Source: an uncultured Verrucomicrobia subdivision 3 bacterium
GTDB taxonomy: Bacteria; Verrucomicrobiota; Verrucomicrobiia; Limisphaerales; UBA11358
Assembly (NCBI GenBank): GCA_903888765.1
Contig: CAISVF010000322.1
Span: forward strand, 1 to 62,507
DNA: 62,507 nucleotides
Direction of reading: 5' to 3'
Shown: piece by piece, positions 60,843-62,507 of the stretch
Position numbering within the stretch: position 1 is the stretch's first letter
Layout of the letters: every line of letters starts with the position of its first letter
Position numbers and translations under genes: made by a program
The notes under the pieces: generated by a model
Seen by the model: only the letters and a program-made list of their open reading frames with translations
Databases searched by the model: none
Told to the model about the DNA's origin: nothing

Positions 60843-61511
60843 ATGTCAAATAATCCCGTTAAAATCGTCATCGTTGATGACCATGAGGTGCTCATGGAGT
60901 CGCTCGCCACCTGGCTGGACAGCCAGCCGGAATTTAAGGTGCTGGGTCGCGCCCAGGACGGTGCATCCGGATTGAAACTTTGTTTGGAGACGCACCCGGA
61001 TCTGGTCCTGGTGGATGTCGCCCTGCCCGGTGGGGACGGAATCGAATTGGTGGAAAGGCTGCAGCAAGAATTGCCGGCGCTCCGCGCGCTGGTCATGTCC
61101 GGACATCAGGATCACCATACGATCTGGCGGATTTCGCGCAGCGGCGCCCAGGGCTACCTGGAAAAGAACGCTCCGCTCAAATTGCTGAAGCAAGCCATCA
61201 AACTGGTGGCGGCCGGCGGCTGTTTTTTCAGCCGGGAATTTCAGAAAATTTCCCAGGAATGCCAGAGCGATCCGGAGGCCTTTCCCAATTTGGTATCCAA
61301 GCGGGAACAGGAAGTTTTAAAATACGTGGCGCAAGGCTGGACGGATGAACGCATTGCCGAGGCGATGAAAATCAGCGCGGGAACCATCATGGTCCATCGG
61401 AAAAATATCCGGCAGAAACTGCGCATTCATAATGACCGGGATATGATGGCTTATGCGCGGAAATGGGGCTTGGGGGTGGATCTGGCCAGCGCTTCACTGG
61501 CGGCTGCGTGA
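60843..61511 (+). CDS. NarL/LuxR-family response regulator
   Basis: IVDDH, phospho-acceptor LVDVALPG, GYLEK and a LuxR HTH SKREQEVL...HRKNIRQKL. Confidence 0.92.
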   Translation: MSNNPVKIVIVDDHEVLMESLATWLDSQPEFKVLGRAQDGASGLKLCLETHPDLVLVDVALPGGDGIELVERLQQELPALRALVMSGHQDHHTIWRISRSGAQGYLEKNAPLKLLKQAIKLVAAGGCFFSREFQKISQECQSDPEAFPNLVSKREQEVLKYVAQGWTDERIAEAMKISAGTIMVHRKNIRQKLRIHNDRDMMAYARKWGLGVDLASASLAAA

Positions 61512-62362
61512 CCGTTAATAATCTCCCAGTGCTTGGTTTTGCCGGAGCGCCAGGATAAATATTCCAGCGCTGAGGTTTCGGGTCTGCATCCCGGTGGGCC
61601 CCGTTAATGCCGGTCGAATCACCCACCCGCCATATAAGAGGTCGTCTGAAAAGTCAAAATGGTTCAATGTTCATACCATGACAATAGTATGGCAAACCGT
61701 GCCGGCCCCGGAGTTCAGCCCACTGGATAACCGGATTGTGTGCGCCCTATCCAGGGCACCCGACTTGCGCAAATGAGACGAAGGAAAAAACCACCCCGCA
61801 ACGCATGCGCCGCCGGGCAGCAATCGAGGCGGCGCTGTGGAAAAGTCATCGGCGAGCCGATTTGAGCCACATAACCACAGAAAGCCAAACGGGCCTGGTA
61901 CTGGAGGGTTCGCAGCCGGAGCGAACCATGATCAGGGTCAGTTGAGGTAGTATGGTCTGCCCCTGATGCTGGAGCATAAACCCGCCTGCCAACAAACCCT
62001 GGCTGACGAGCCGGGTACTTTGCTCCTATAGCGGTGCCAGGGCGGCGGCCGTGGCCCGATGGATGCCTGCCAGGCGCGTGGCGATTTGAATGACGGGCCA
62101 TGGCGCCGCCGGCAAGGTAAGCGATAGCCCGGCGGCTATCAGACCGGCGGTTAAACCCAAGCCCCAGCCAACAATACTTGCGCTCCAAATCATTCACCGG
62201 ACATTTTAAACGAAGAGTGGTTGTCCAAGCCAAAGTCATATTCACGTTACTTCGGGCGTCTGTTTCCAGATACTTACTCCAACCCAGGCCTGGTTAGGTG
62301 ATACTTTTGGCCCGGCGCATACGCAGGTCATAGCCATACCGGCGGCAGACAGGAGCGACTAA

Positions 62363-62507
62363 GAGTTTGTTTTAAAAATCAACATGGTTAAAGGATCAGG
62401 CCAATCGGCGGAGTTGAATACGGATCATCGCGACATAGATCCAAGCTTCGGCGCTGGAGATGGTGCGTTCGTAATCGCGCACCAAGCGACGGTGGTACAT
62501 CAACCAA
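62363..62507 (-). mobile_element. IS5-family element end (partial; transposase C-terminus)
   Basis: WLMYHRRLVRDYERTISSAEAWIYVAMIRIQLRRLA with its stop at 62396-62398. A TIR-like gagtttgttttaaaa lies next to a TAA target. Confidence 0.8.

Noticed and set aside
61715-62245. 176-aa ORF next to the IS5 end
   Set aside because: It has no recognisable motifs and an atypical composition. It may be a disrupted remnant, but I cannot support it as a gene.

Overview
A GC-rich bacterial chromosomal window, probably Verrucomicrobiota-like (inferred from rplM/rpsI/recA and the abundance of sulfatases and CAZymes). From left to right: the end of a surface-polysaccharide cluster (GT2, two methyltransferases, an epimerase), tRNA-Glu(CTC), a decayed IS701-like element, rpsI/rplM and a DUF2339 membrane protein. 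Next is a ~6.9 kb block between tRNA-3'-end-like direct repeats. It carries a sigma54/RtcR-controlled RNA-repair operon (rsr/Ro60 - ncRNA array - rtcB, no rtcA) and a nitroreductase. After it come a GT-C/GT2 pair, yajQ, purD, a glycan-degradation cluster (heparinase-like, GH95, GH35, GH5), purM, a decayed mobile/defence patch next to tRNA-Thr(TGT), and recA. A long minus-strand run follows with six sulfatases (one frameshifted) around a MoxR-DUF58-vWA-vWA (Bat-like)/TlpA module. The window ends with a repeat-rich intergenic region, two lipoproteins, a NarL-type regulator and an IS5 end. The standout is the ~780 bp between rsr and rtcB: six tandem Y-RNA-like cassettes share one Ro-binding scaffold (5' CGAAUGCC..UACAU, 3' UUGUCG) but carry different cargo, namely tRNA mimics circularly permuted at different breakpoints. 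One cassette rejoins on paper into a complete tRNA with a CAU anticodon, and another is opened in the D-loop.
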